A stretch of DNA of 64,000 nt from Basidiobolus meristosporus CBS 931.73 (lineage: Eukaryota; Fungi; Basidiobolomycota), in the NCBI GenBank assembly GCA_002104905.1, contig MCFE01000229.1:57435-121434 (forward strand), in the 5' to 3' direction. Below, in pieces: positions 63,146 to 64,000 of the stretch. The notes under the pieces are model-generated. The model searched no databases and was not told the DNA's origin. It saw only the letters and a program-made list of their open reading frames with translations. A program made the translations under genes and the position numbers. Each line of letters begins with the position of its first letter. Positions within the stretch are counted from its first letter, which is position 1.

Positions 63146-63505
63146 TGGGTTTGGGTTAGGGTGTAGGTGTTATAGTAAGGGCTAGGAAAAGGTTAGAAGA
63201 GCAGGGGGTCTGGGGGACGCAGTCCCCTAGAGAATAAAAAAGCAGGGGGTTTGGGGGATGCAATCCCCCATACTGCTCTTATACTCTTTAAATTCCTGTT
63301 GGATTACTTTTCTCTCATTCTTGGTTCTGGTCCCTTAGGGTTAGAATTCCTCCTCCTAACCCTTATCACCCTAACCATAAATATTTTTACCCTACAATTG
63401 GCACATTGTCTGCTCATATGGTGGGCATGTCTGGGCCAATATTTGTCTCCCTATACTGTCCATACGCTCTGTATAAGTCTTGATGACTATTTAATTAATA
63501 AATTG
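63146..63505. other. Unclassified subterminal segment: degenerate TTAGGG repeats and two GCA-loop hairpin repeats
   Basis: Starts TTTGGGTTTGGGTTAGGGTGTAGG. Direct repeats at 63200-63228 and 63241-63270; inverted telomere units at 63337-63363. Confidence 0.6.
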
Positions 63506-63765
63506 TTAGGGTTAGGGCTAGGGGGAGGAAAGTCACCAAGTGGTGAAATCTTTATTTACTTATGACAAGTATCTAAAGAAGCCAAGTTAATCTGAAGTTA
63601 TTCCTAGAAAGCTAGGTCTGAGAGTTGAGAAGCTGAGTGGTACTATATTTCCTAGTTAGCTAGGTCTGAGAGAGGTTTCCTGGAAAGCCAGGCCTGAGAA
63701 GTGAGAATCTGAATATATCTGAGCTAAGTTATACTGGTTTGCGGTAGCTGAATTGTGGCCGGAAT
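63506..63765 (-). mobile_element. Most distal telomere-type LINE 3' fragment, subfamily B
   Basis: TTAGGG TTAGGG CTAGGG, then the hairpin-AATAAA end motif. 5'-truncated at 63765 and capped by the telomere. Confidence 0.88.
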
Positions 63766-64000
63766 GGGTTAGGGTTAGGGTTAGGGTTAGGGTTAGGGTT
63801 AGGGTTAGGGTTAGGGTTAGGGTTAGGGTTAGGGTTAGGGTTAGGGTTAGGGTTAGGGTTAGGGTTAGGGTTAGGGTTAGGGTTAGGGTTAGGGTTAGGT
63901 TAGGGTTAGGGTTAGGGTTAGGGTTAGGGTTAGGGTTAGGGTTAGGGTTAGGGTTAGGGTTAGGGTTAGGGTTAGGGTTAGGGTTAGGGTTAGGGTTAGG
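63766..64000 (+). repeat. Telomere (TTAGGG)n, ~39 units
   Basis: Uninterrupted GGGTTA array to the window end, with one TTAGG variant unit at ~63895-63899. Confidence 0.99.

Overview
Eukaryotic, fungal-type chromosome end, probably from an early-diverging fungus (inference from short spliceosomal introns, a 7TM-RGS gene, ubiquitin with Q28 and TTAGGG telomeres). Three zones. (1) 1-12.5 kb: LTR-retrotransposon graveyard with a recent but disabled Ty1/copia element (6060-10741) and several solo LTRs. (2) About 12.5-50.5 kb: gene zone with a 7TM-RGS protein, a velvet-domain factor, four Tmc1-like AN1 zinc-finger paralogues (one ubiquitin fusion and three 72-75 aa ubiquitin-less microproteins), a 3xKH RNA-binding protein, a MedA homologue, an orphan type-I membrane protein and an amidohydrolase-3, separated by decayed relics. 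(3) 51.25-64 kb: the terminal ~12.7 kb is built almost entirely from retroelements and ends in (TTAGGG)n at 63766-64000. The most striking feature is a polarised array of at least seven 5'-truncated copies of an APE-endonuclease LINE clade (three subfamilies). Their 3' ends share AATAAA, a TCACC..GGTGA hairpin and CCCTAA. They cap broken copia, gypsy and unknown elements, and the longest copy has ORF1 and ORF2 in one frame separated by a single TGA-CTA. All calls come from reading the sequence and from remembered family motifs; no database search was run.
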